NCBI RefSeq assembly: GCF_030684315.1
Contig: NC_081371.1
Location: forward strand, 38,508,390-38,572,389
DNA from: Stegostoma tigrinum
Lineage: Eukaryota
Reading direction: 5' to 3'
Length of the DNA: 64,000 nucleotides
Of the stretch, positions 51,001 through 60,867 are shown one piece after another. Position numbers and translations under genes: made by a program. Positions within the stretch are counted from its first letter, which is position 1. Every line of letters starts with the position of its first letter. The notes below the pieces were generated by a model. The model was given only the letters and a program-made list of their open reading frames with translations. It made no database searches and had not been told where the DNA came from.

Positions 51001-54000
51001 TTCAATATGAGAGGAAAAATCTATAATCCAAAGAGAGACACACAAGCTTACCTGAATTATTTATGGCTGCAATAATGCTTTTTATGAAGTTTTGGTCTCG
51101 TGTAGTATCCTTATCTGCAAGCCTTTGTAAAGTTTTCAACAGGTTTGAAAATTCAAGGTTACTATCCTCAGTCAAAGACTCAATAAAAATTTTTTTATGT
51201 TGCTCATGAACGTTACACGCTGTTAAGAACAGGCTGAAAATTTCCTTTCTTTGGTCTGCCAGATGACTCCTCAGACTGTAGGTTGGATACCAGCTTAAGT
51301 ACCATTTTTTCTGGATGCACTTGATCTTTGCTGTCACTTTCCACCATGGACCAGTAAAATGAAACCTTCCATGCACTTTGTAAGTTTCATTGGTGTCACA
51401 ATCTTTGATTAGAACTACAGAAAAGTGGATAAATACAGAGGTATGAAATCTGACTGCTATCTTTCAAAGTTTCAACACCATAGCATTGGAATACATCTAT
51501 CAAATTCTCCCTACATCTCTTCCAACTAATTATGTTTTCAAACATGTCCACCTTCTCACATGAAATCATTGAGGAAATCAGAATTGTTTTAAAACTGTGA
51601 AATTACTATTCTGTAAGGATTTATTATATCGCATTTTCAACAACTTCTCAACATTGGCTTTGATTTGATCAAAAGATTTTTATTCCCTAAACAGATTTCA
51701 CTGTTGTTCCTGAAAATGTTGGAGAATTTCATGTATATTTGCGCTGAAACAAACACTTAATCTGGGTGTTAATCAAGCACATATTCCGAAAGAATGCATA
51801 ATTGTGAGTTTGATTGCGCCCAAGGATGAACCGCCAAGCCATTTCCTCATTCCAGAGTATAGCTTAAGGATACTGCCTGCCATCTCATCTTTCCAAAACA
51901 AAAATAACTTTCACATTACACCCAAGTTAATTGCCTTGATTGATTTACAGCATCCGCAGTTTTTTCAGTTTTTATTTTGTAAGTAGTCAATATCAAAAAC
52001 TTCAAATCTTGAATGATACCCAAATTATATCTCCTAATGTATCAAGTGTTGATGTAATCAAAGTAACTGTACACTTTCTACATGGATGAAGAAAGAGTGG
52101 TCAATTGATCTTCTTTATTAATAGACACAATCTCAACTGGTGAAACAAGCAGAAAATATCCCTTACCAAGTTTCAAATGCTCATTATCTTTTAATGTTTT
52201 CTCTGCTCTAATTATCTCGAATATACTCAGTATTGAACCTGCAATTGAGTTTATCACTTGAGACTTTGTCACTTTTGCAGTTACTGATTATCAAGTTATT
52301 AACCACAAACCCGAATATTTCCAGCATTTCTGGCTAAGTGATATGATTACAATTTGAGATAATAAAATGTGAGGGTGGATGAACACAGCAGGCCCAGCAG
52401 CATCTCAGGAGCACAAAAGCTGACATTTCAGGCCGAGACCCTTCATCCTCTCTGAAGAAGGGTCTAGGCCCGAAACAACAAAATGTGAGGCTGGATGAAC
52501 ACAGCAGGCCAAGCAGCATCTCAGGAGCACAAAAGCTGACGTTTCGGGCCTAGACCCTTCATTAGAGAGGGGAATGGGGTGAGGGTTCTGGAATAAATAG
52601 GGAGAGAGGGGGAGGCGGACCGAAGATGGAGAAAAGAAGATAGGTGGAGAGAGTATAGGTTGGGAGGTAGGGAGGGGATAGGTTAGTCCAGGGAAGACGG
52701 ACAGGTCAAGGAGGTGGGATGAGGTTAGTAGGTAGATGGGGGTGCGGCTTGGGGTGGGAGGAAGGGATGGGTGAGAGGAAGAACAGGTTAGGGAGGTGGA
52801 GACAGGTTGCACTGGTTTTGGGATGCAGTGGGTGGAGGGGAAGAGCAGGGCTGGTTGTGTGGTGCAGTGGGGGGAGGGGACGAACTGGGCTGGTTTAGGG
52901 ATGCAGTAGGGGAAGGGGAGATTTTGAAACTGGTGAAGTCCACATTGATACCATATGGCTGCAGAGTTCCCAGGCGGAATATGAGTTGCTGTTCCTGCAA
53001 CCTTTGGGTGGCATCATTGTGGCACTGCAGGAGGCCCATGATGGACATGTCATCTAAGGAATGGGAGGGGGAGTGGAAATAGTTTGCGACTGGGAGGTGC
53101 AGTTGTTTATTGCGAACTGAGCGGAGGTGTTCTGCAAAGCGGTCTCCAAGCCTCCGCTTGGTTTCCCCAATGTAGAGGAAGCCACACCGGGTACAGTGGA
53201 TGCAGTATACCACATTGGCAGATGTGCAGGTGAACCTCTGCTTAATGTGGAATGTCATCTTGGGGCCTGGGATAGGGGTGAGGGGGGAGGTGTGGGGGCA
53301 AGTGTAGCATTTCCTGCGGTTGCAGGGGAAGGTGCCGGGTGTGGTGGGGTTGGAGGGCAGTGTGGAGCGAACAAGGGAGTCACGGAGAGAGTGGTCTCTC
53401 CGGAAAGCAGACAGGGGAGGGGATGGAAAAATGTCTTGGGTGGTGGGGTCGGATTGTAAATGGCGGAAGTGTCGGAGGATGATGCGTTGTATCCGGAGGT
53501 TGGTGGGGTGGTGTGTGAGAACGAGGGGGTTCCTCTTTGGGCGGTTGTGAGGGATGTGTTGCGGGAAATACGGGAGACGCAGTCGACGGCGTTCTCGATC
53601 ACTGTGGGGGGAAAGTTGCGATCTTTGAAGAACTTGGACATCTGGGATGTGCGGGAGTGGAATGTCTTGTCGTGGGAGCAGATGCGGGGGAGGCGGAGGA
53701 ATTGGGAATAGGGGATGGAATTTTTGCAGGAGGGCAGGTGGGAGGAGGTGTATTCTAGGTAGCTGTGGGAGTCGGTGGGCTTGAAATGGACATCAGTTAC
53801 AAGCTGGTTGCCTGAGATGGAGACTGAGAGGTCCAGGAAGGTGAGGGATGTGCTGGAGATGGCCCAGGTGAACTGAAGGTTGGGGTGGAAGGTGTTGGTG
53901 AAGTGGATGTTCATCCAGCCTCACATTTTGTTGTCTTGGATTCTCCAGCATCTGCAGTTCCCATTATCTCTAGGCCCGAAACGTCAGCTTTTGTGCTCCT

Positions 54001-55093
54001 GAGACACTGCTGGGCCTGCTGTGTTCATCCAGCCTCACATTTTATCATCTTGGATTCTCCAGCATCTGCAGTTCCCATTATCACTGATTACAATTTGATG
54101 TAGTTTGACAGTAGACTAGATTTTGCTGCTGTACAGCCAGTAAACACCATCAATTTTCACCACATTACTGCTGTTAAAATGACAGTAACTACTCTAATGC
54201 CTTCAGTTAACCCAATGTTTTGGTCAGACAGCCATCCCATATTTCTTCACAAAGTACCTCAGAATGCGAATGAGGCAAAAAATCTTTGAGACGATAAAAA
54301 AAACATCTTTGCTAATAGGATTCTGGTAAAAGAATTGAAATTTTGAACCTTTTTGAGTGAAGTGGAACTTAAATTTTCAATATATCAAACCCAAATCCAC
54401 TAAAAAGCCTCAATGTCCCTGAAAGTCTAATTCTATACCTTTGAAAGGAATACTTTAAAAGTTACGATATTTCGGCTAGTACCTTAATTACATACTTATG
54501 TTACTTTTAATTAAAATCTAAGGACAATACTTATTTTCTGGTTCACTATCTTGAGAATACTTCAACAGCCCAATTGCCACAATCCGTATCTGATGTGGAT
54601 TTTTCCCATCGCAGGTGTTAATTTAAATACGATTCAGAGTCAAACGGATTTCCGGGTGCCCAGGAGTATAGATCAAGTGAGTAAGCAACCAATCACGCTG
54701 ATTAGTGTTGATAAAATTGTTATCATGAGTGTCGCAAAATCTATATCAACGTGACGAGGTCCAAATCCAACTTCGCCACTGACCACAAAATCTGGGTCAA
54801 CGTGTACTTACAATGAATGTGCCACAAGTTAAAAGACAGACAATGCTGGGAATAGTCAACAAACAGCAAAGAAGCGTGTCTTTTTACTTACCAGACCGCC
54901 GCGCCACAGAAGAGGCTCTGACGGAACTTGCACCGTCTGACATGCTCATCATGTCCTCGAAATCCAGGAACTGCAGTTCATCATCTTCTTCCTCCTCGTC
55001 GTCCGAATCTTCCTTCGCTACATTGTTCTTTAAAGGCAAAATGTATCCGTTCACAACAAAGGGCTTCCCCGAGGCCGCGCGCTGCCTAGACAT
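29974..55093 (-). CDS. HELB: HELB DNA helicase B (SF1B RecD2-like 5'-3' helicase), complete 13-exon CDS, 3291 nt / 1096 aa. complement(join(29974..30090,32081..32779,33529..33675,35304..35469,36732..36791,39922..40009,41417..41562,42188..42329,43719..43899,46642..47427,47795..47988,51052..51414,54892..55093))
   Basis: Motifs [10 protein letters not shown] (Walker A), [16 protein letters not shown] (Walker B), [53 protein letters not shown]. All 12 introns are GT-AG with consistent phases. Confidence 0.96.
30146..30430. mobile_element. Fold-back mini-element of the Poseidon family (same terminal repeat as the 5536 element)
   Basis: Inverted arms about 30144..30261 and 30271..30392, 38-bp tail, TSD aatttaaatacct (30133..30145 and 30431..30443). 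Confidence 0.9.
30620..30920 (-). mobile_element. Degenerate HE1-like V-SINE
   Basis: Similar to the copy at 34350..34664. Confidence 0.7.
32081..32779 (-). CDS. HELB: HELB exon 12 (motifs V/VI and S/T-P-rich tail)
   Basis: [36 protein letters not shown]...KSPQKCSK|gtaat. Confidence 0.94.
33529..33675 (-). CDS. HELB: HELB exon 11
   Basis: [15 protein letters not shown]|gtaag. Confidence 0.92.
34350..34664 (-). mobile_element. HE1-like V-SINE, well preserved
   Basis: ggcacggtggctcagtggttagc...gggttcgattccc A/B boxes, V-domain and CR1-like tail. Confidence 0.88.
35304..35469 (-). CDS. HELB: HELB exon 10
   Basis: [14 protein letters not shown]...[13 protein letters not shown]. Confidence 0.93.
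36732..36791 (-). CDS. HELB: HELB exon 9 (60 nt)
   Basis: [19 protein letters not shown]; compare recalled human QDCDLINDCCCKHYTGHLT. Confidence 0.92.
37757..39820 (-). mobile_element. CR1-type LINE fragment interrupted by the PLE at 38336
   Basis: LINE sequence continues on both sides of the PLE TSD. Confidence 0.7.
38336..39437. mobile_element. Young Neptune-type PLE: truncated endonuclease 3' end plus inverted 3'-end copy
   Basis: [21 protein letters not shown]; TSD tgttatttatgcct (38322..38335 and 39438..39451); intact + strand hammerhead core at 39310..39337. Confidence 0.92.
39922..40009 (-). CDS. HELB: HELB exon 8
   Basis: [29 protein letters not shown](R); compare recalled human TSQFIAFRR. 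Confidence 0.9.
40120..40492 (+). mobile_element. CR1-type LINE 3' tail
   Basis: gtgaacctgtggaattctctgccacagaaagc...gggccaaatggcctactcctgctcct. Confidence 0.75.
41417..41562 (-). CDS. HELB: HELB exon 7 (not in the ORF track)
   Basis: tattag|[22 protein letters not shown]...[17 protein letters not shown]|gtgag; phases fit. Confidence 0.85.
42188..42329 (-). CDS. HELB: HELB exon 6
   Basis: [13 protein letters not shown]...[14 protein letters not shown]. Confidence 0.94.
43719..43899 (-). CDS. HELB: HELB exon 5 (Walker B)
   Basis: [12 protein letters not shown]...KLIIL(G). Confidence 0.93.
44833..45064. mobile_element. Perfect fold-back PLE mini-element with two opposed hammerhead ribozyme cores
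   Basis: 97-bp perfect inverted arms (44869..44965 and 44969..45065), 3-nt loop, 36-bp tail, TSD taaaagcaagtggta (44818..44832 and 45065..45079). Confidence 0.95.
44972..44999 (+). ncRNA. Minimal hammerhead ribozyme core (mirror copy at 44935..44962 on -)
   Basis: CUGAUGA-a-GGGUCUAGGCCC-GAAAC-GUC; stem I is weak (about 2 bp). Confidence 0.7.
46642..47427 (-). CDS. HELB: HELB exon 4 (Walker A, HELB-specific RPA-binding region, motif Ia)
   Basis: [16 protein letters not shown]...[10 protein letters not shown]...[11 protein letters not shown]...YTLHQ|gtaat. Confidence 0.95.
47795..47988 (-). CDS. HELB: HELB exon 3
   Basis: LPMLLPRHF...WKLGFSQ|gtaag. Confidence 0.92.
48860..49430 (-). mobile_element. 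Rex1/Babar-like LINE 3' fragment
   Basis: The minus strand encodes [13 protein letters not shown], resembling the Rex1/Babar RT C-terminus as I recall it. Confidence 0.6.
51052..51414 (-). CDS. HELB: HELB exon 2
   Basis: [27 protein letters not shown]...; ctgtag| and |gtaag. Confidence 0.92.
52358..54084 (-). mobile_element. Young Neptune-type PLE, 5'-truncated (RT C-terminus, Cys linker, GIY-YIG) with duplicated terminal repeats at both ends, in HELB intron 1
   Basis: [34 protein letters not shown]; [21 protein letters not shown]; TSD tgattacaatttga (52344..52357 and 54085..54098). Confidence 0.93.
54892..55093 (-). CDS. HELB: HELB exon 1 (ATG at 55093)
   Basis: [22 protein letters not shown]..acidic run..FLDFEDM; donor G|gtaagt; CpG-rich context. 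Confidence 0.85.
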
Positions 55094-55111
55094 TGCGTCG
55101 ATTCCGGAACC

Positions 55112-55497
55112 CTGGCCCAGTTCAGCCCAGCAGAGCCCAATTCAGCGCGCCTACAGCTCAGCTCAGCTCAACCCAGCCCAGCCCAATTCAGCGCGCCTAC
55201 AGCTCACCCCTGCCCAGCCCAATTCAGCGCGCCTACAGCTCAGCTCAGCCCAGCAGAGCCCAATTCAGCACGCTTACAGTTCAGCTCAGCTCCGCCCAGC
55301 CCAGCCCAATTCAGCGCGCCTACACCTCAGCCCAGCTGAGCCCAATTCAGCGCGCCTACAGCTCAGCTCAGCCCAGCCCAGCAGAGCCCAATTCAGCGCG
55401 CCTACAGCTCAGCTCAACCCAGCCCAGCCCAATTCAGCACGCTTACAGCTCAGCCCAGCCCAATTCAGCACGCTTACAGCTCAGCCCAGCCCAGCCT
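55112..55497. repeat. Minisatellite: 9 copies of GCCCAATTCAGC(G/A)CGC(C/T)TACA separated by variable CAGCC/CAGCT pentamer runs
   Basis: Direct reading; cores at about 55136, 55182, 55218, 55259, 55305, 55341, 55387, 55428 and 55459. Confidence 0.92.
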
Positions 55498-55499
55498 AA

Positions 55500-57610
55500 A
55501 TTGCTGGAGAAAGTCATCCATGGGAAAAATGCAGAGTTAACATTTCCACTCTGAGCACACATCATCAGAATTTAAAAGTGGAAAAGTGCGAATAACTGGA
55601 TAAATATGTCGAAGTCAACATGGGGTTAGGAGGAAAAGGTCAGCAGATATATGAAGACCAATCTCTCAGAAAAGAGAGAGAGAGATATGAAATGGTTAGG
55701 TAAACAAGGAGAAAATGGATAGCAGGCCAGTACAAAGGAAAAGCTGTATATTTGATAGTGAAGAGTATGATAATGGAGATAGCAAGAACTTTAGATGCTG
55801 GAGTCAGAGATAACATGGTGTGGAGTTGGAGGAAGACTGCAGGCCAGGCAACATTAGAGGTGCAGGAAAGTTGACATTTTAGTCAGGACCCTTCAGAAAT
55901 AGGTAAGGGGAAGGGAGCTGGGAAATAACTGGAGGGAGGAGAGGTGGGATGGGGCTGGGGGAATAACTGAGTGCAGGTAGAGAGTGGTGGGGATTGGTCA
56001 GTGGGATTGGTAGGTGGGAAAGAGTTGGACAGGTTGTGTCAGGCCAAGGAGGCTGGGATGAGAGGGAGGGTTGGATATGGGATGATGCCAGATGTGGGGA
56101 GATTTTAAAATTGGTGAATTCCATATTTAGGCCCTTGGACTGTAGGCTCCTGAGGCAGAATATGAGGTGCTGCTCTTCCAGTTTGTGTGTGATGTCATTA
56201 TGGTACTGGACAAAGCCCAGGACGTGTCACCTAGGGAATGGGAAGGGGACTTAAAATGGTGTTGTCGATTATCATGTACAGAAGGCAGATGCTCAATGAA
56301 ACAGTCCCCTGGTCTGTGCTTGGTCTCACAGATATAGAGCAGGCCACATCAGGAGCAACGGGTACAGTAGACCAGGTTGGAGGATGTACAGGTGAACTTC
56401 TGTTGGATATGAAAGGTTAACTTTGGGCCCTGAACAGTGATGAGGGGGGAAGGTGTAGGGGTAGGTGTAGCACTTCCTGTGGTTGCATTGAAAGGTGCCG
56501 GGTGTGTGGAGCAAATAAGGGAGTCACGGAGTCTTAGGAGTGAGAAGGGAAATATCTCATCGGGTTGGATTATAGTTGGCAGAAGTGGCGGGGAATGATG
56601 CGCTGTGTGTGGAGGCTGGTGGGGTCGTATCAGGACTCGCAGGAGTCTTTAATTTTCTTGGGGAGGGGTTGAGGGCAGAAGTGCAGGAAATGCAAGAGAT
56701 TTGGCTGAGAGCATTTTTGACATCTGGAGGGGGATGTTGCAATCCTTGAAATGGGAGGACATCTGGGATGTCTGCGAGTTGAATGCTCCATCTTGGGTGC
56801 AAATCAGCTGGAGGTGAAGGAATTAGGGGGAAGGAATCACATTCTTGCAGGAGGGTGGGTGAGAATAGACGTGGTCCAGGTAGCTATGGGAGTCGGTGGG
56901 TTTGAAATAGATGTCAGAGGAAGAGATATGAAAGGGGTAGGTAAATCAGGAGATTATGGATAGCAGGCCGAATGTAACAAATGTAATGTAATAATGGGCA
57001 GAGGAGTATCTGGAAATGGGTGACTGTGCTAAAAGCAACCGATATCATAACAAGACCAGGCGTGGGGCGGATAAAAAATATGGAAGGCTGGAATCTGACT
57101 CAAAAGTCCTAAAAGCTCCAGTGTCCCCAAACAAAAAATTGCTCTTTGAGCTTGAACTGAGGCTCAGTGAAACACTTCAGTATAGCTGCAACAGAAATGT
57201 TGGTGTGGAAACAAAGTGATGTGTTGAAGTGGCAGGAAACTGGAAATTCCTGGCCATTTTTGGGACAGACATTTTGCATTCAGCACAGCCAACCCATTTT
57301 CTCTTCTGACTTCTTCATTATCGCTTATTCAGCTTGACTTCTGATCTGGCCTGCTATCCTCAACATCCTTGTTGCATACCCCTTTCATATCCCTCCCTCT
57401 ATGGGCTCCTTCTCCACCTATCCACTCAGCTCCCATCACCCACTTTGGATTCAACATGAATACTGTTTTTTCCTTGCTACTAACAGTTCTGATGAAGTGT
57501 CACTGGACTCGACACATCAACTTTGCTTTCTTCTCACAGATGCTTCCGGACATGCTGCGTTTCTCCAGCAATCTGTGTTTACGTTTCAGATCTCCAGCTA
57601 GTCTTTGTTT
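55500..57610 (-). mobile_element. Older nested PLE remnants (Neptune-like body about 55770..56915 between older opposed terminal repeats)
   Basis: PGTFQCNHRKCYT homologous to the young family; decayed CTGATGA cores near 55562 (-) and 57489 (+). Confidence 0.7.
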
Positions 57611-57614
57611 TATC

Positions 57615-59150
57615 CTTATCTTTTCAGCCTTATCTTTGCATTGATGTGCTGGGCTCTTCCATTGTTGAGGATAGGGGTATTTGAGGAGCCTCCTCCTCCA
57701 GTGAGTTGTTTACTCATCCACCATTCAAGACTGGATGTGGCAGGACTGCAAAGCTTAGATCTGATCTGATGGTTGTGGAATCCTTAGGTCCATCTATCAC
57801 TTGCTGCTTATGTTGTTTGACATGCAAGTCATCCTGTTTAGTGGCCTCACCAGGTTGATACCTTATCTTCGGATATGCCTGGTGCTGTTCCTGGCTTGTC
57901 CTCCTGAACTCTCCATTAAGCCAGGGTTGATCCCCTGGCTTGATGATAAGGGTTGAGTGGGGCATATGTCAGACCATGAGGTTACAGGTTGTGCTGGAGT
58001 CCAATTCTGCTGCTGTTGATGGCACCTCATAGATGCCTAGTCATGAGTTGCTAGATCTGTGCGAAGTCTGTCCCATTTAGCACGGTGATAGTGCCACACA
58101 ATATGATGGAGGGCATTCTCAATGTGAAGGCAGGACGTCGTCTCCACAAGGAATGTGCCACGGTCACTCTTACCGACGCTGTCATGGACAGATTCGGTAA
58201 GGATGAGGTTGAGTATGTTTTTCTCTCGCCACCTTCCACCGAACCAGTCTAGAAACTGTCTTTTAGAGCCTGACCAGTAGAGCTGCTACTGAGCCACTCT
58301 TGGTGGTGGACTTTGAAATCCCCCACCCCAAGTACATTTTGTGCTGTTGCCCCTCAGTGCTTCCTCTAAGTGTTGTTCAACAATGAGGAGTACTGATTCA
58401 TCAGCTGAGGGAGTATGTTATGTGGTAACCAGCAGGAGGTTTCCTTGGCCATGTTTAACCTGAAGCCACAGGACTTCATGGGGTCCGGGCCCCATGTTGA
58501 GGACTCCCAGAGCAACTCCCTTCCGACTGTTTACCACTGTGTTGCCTCCTCTGCTGGGCCTGTCCTGCCAGAGGGACAGAACATATCCGAGGATCATGTT
58601 GGGGTCTGGGACATTGTCTGTAAGGTATGATTCTGTATGACTATGTCAGGCTGTTGTTTGACTAGTCTGTGAGAAAACTCTCCCATTTTGGCACTAGCCC
58701 CCAGATGTTAGTGAGGAAGACTTTGCAAAATTGACAGGGCTGTTTCTGCCATTGTCATTTCTGGTGTCTAGGTTGATGCCTGGTGATCTGCCTCGTTTCT
58801 TTTCTTTGAGATTTCACAGTGATTGGTACAACTGAATGGCCTGCTAGGCCATTTCAGAGGGCAGTTGAGAATCAACCACATTGCTGTGTGTCTGGAGTCA
58901 CACATAGGCGAGACCAGGTGAGGATGGCAAATGAAATTCCCTGAAGGGCATTAGTGGACCCAATGGGTTTTTATGACAATTGACAATGGTTTCATGGTCA
59001 TCTGTGGTTCTTAATTCCAGATTTTGTTTTGTTTTATTGGATTCATATTCCACTGTCTGCTGTGGTGGGATTTGAGCCTGAGTCCCTAGAACATTATCTG
59101 GGTCTCTCGATTAAAAGTCTAGTGATAATACCATGAGGCCATCACCTTCC
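57615..59150 (-). mobile_element. Degenerate non-LTR LINE, 5'/endonuclease region
   Basis: Broken ORF2-like peptides (PGDQPWLN.E.RR, GDFKVHHQEWLSS). Confidence 0.65.
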
Positions 59151-59427
59151 AGTTAACACTCTCATGGTCTATCCTAGCCCAGTCCAATTGAATGACGTTA
59201 CAATCTTGCTTAGCTCAGCTCCCTCCGTGCCTACAATAAAACAAAGATGCTGGAAACTGGAAACAAAAACAGAAATTGCTGGAAAAACTCAGCAGGCCCG
59301 GCAGAGAGAAAGCAAAATTAGCATTTCAAGTCCAGTGTCCATGAAGAAAGGTCACTGGACTCAAAATATTCACTCTGTTTTCTCTCCAAAGATGCTGCCA
59401 CCTGCTGACTTTATCCATCAATTTCAA

Positions 59428-60766
59428 GATAACAAAATGTGAGGCTGGATGAACACAGCAGGCCAAGCAGCATCTCAGGAGCACAAAAGCTGACGTTTCG
59501 GGCCTAGACCCTTCATCAGAGAGGGGGATGGGGGGAGGGAACTGGAATAAATAGGGAGAGAGGGGGAGGCGGACCGAAGATGGAGAGTAAAGAAGATAGG
59601 TGGAGAGGGTGTAGGTGGGGAGATAGGGAGGGGATAGGTCAGTCCAGGGAAGACGGACAGGTCAAGGAGGTGGGATGAGGTTAGTAGGTAGCTGGGGGTG
59701 CGGCTTGGGGTGGGAGGAAGGGATGGGTGAGAGGAAGAACCGGTTAGGGAGGCAGAGACAGGTTGGACTGGTTTTGGGATGCAGTGGGTGGGGGGGGGAA
59801 GAGCTGGGCTGGTTGTGTGGTGCAGTGGGGGGAGGGGATGAACTGGGCTGGTTTAGGGATGCAGTGGGGGAAGGGGAGATTTTGAAACTGGTGAAGTCCA
59901 CATTGATACCATATGGCTGCAGGGTTCCCAGGCGGAATATGAGTTGCTGTTCCTGCAACCTTCGGGTGGCATCATTGTGGCAGTGCAGGAGGCCCATGAT
60001 GGACATGTCGTCAAGAGAATGGGAGGGGGAGTGGAAATGGTTTGCGACTGGGAGGTGCAGTTGTTTGTTGCGAACTGAGCGGAGGTGTTCTGCAAAGCGG
60101 TCCCCAAGCCTCCGCTTGGTTTCCCCAATGTAGAGGAAGCCGCACCGGGTACAGTGGATGCAGTATACCACATTGGCAGATGTGCAGGTGAACCTCTGCT
60201 TAATGTGGAATGTCATCTTGGGGCCTGGGATGGGGGTGAGGGAGGAGGTGTGGGGACAAGTGTAGCATTTCCTGCGGTTGCAGGGGAAGGTGCCGGGTGT
60301 GGTGGGGTTGGAGGGCAGTGTGGAGCGAACAAGGGAGTCACGGAGAGAGTGGTCTCTCCGGAAAGCAGACAGGGGAGGGGATGGAAAAATGTCTTGGGTG
60401 GTGGGGTCGGATTGTAAATGGCGGAAGTGTCGGAGGATAATGCGTTGTATCCGGAGGTTGGTAGGGTGGTGTGTGAGAACGAGGGGGATCCTCTTGGGGC
60501 GGTTGTGGCGGGGGCGGGGTGTGAGGGATGTGTCGCGGGAGATGCGGGAGACGCGGTCAAGGGCGTTCTCAATCACCGTGGGGGGGAAAGTTGCGGTCCT
60601 TAAAGAACTTGGACATCTGGGATGTGCGGGAGTGGAATGTCTTATCGTGGGAGCAGATGCGGCGGACGCGGAGGAATTGGGAATAGGGGATGGAATTTTT
60701 GCAGGAGGGTGGGTGGGAGGAGGTGTATTCTAGGTAGCTGTGGGAGTCGGTGGGCTTGAAATGGAC
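59428..60766 (-). mobile_element. Young Neptune-type PLE, 5'-truncated, nested in an older fold-back element (about 59240..60790)
   Basis: ORF 59662..60576 with CNRRKCYTC linker and GIY-YIG; intact hammerhead core at 59492..59519; TSD atccatcaatttcaa (59413..59427 and 60767..60781). Confidence 0.93.
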
Positions 60767-60867
60767 ATCCATCAATTTCAATTTTTGTTTTCTCTCAGCC
60801 CAGCATAACTGAGCACCCTCACAGACCAGCCCAATTCCCTCAAGCTGGCACAGCACAACTCAGCACC

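Larger units (their letters stand above)
54580..55497. promoter_or_regulatory. CpG-rich 5'/promoter region of HELB
   Basis: CpG density is visibly higher than in the CpG-depleted flanks; spans exon 1; CCAAT motifs at about 54689 and within the minisatellite. Confidence 0.55.

Noticed and set aside
55112-55497. Repeat-spacer-like array as a CRISPR array
   Set aside because: The spacers are CAGCC/CAGCT pentamer runs rather than unique sequence; vertebrate context with no cas genes.
54813-55554. 228-aa and 153-aa plus-strand ORFs
   Set aside because: Antisense to HELB exon 1 and extended only by the stop-poor minisatellite.
59662-60576. Domesticated GIY-YIG nuclease gene
   Set aside because: 5'-truncated PLE with a TSD, a frameshift near 60580 and near-identical sister copies in the window.
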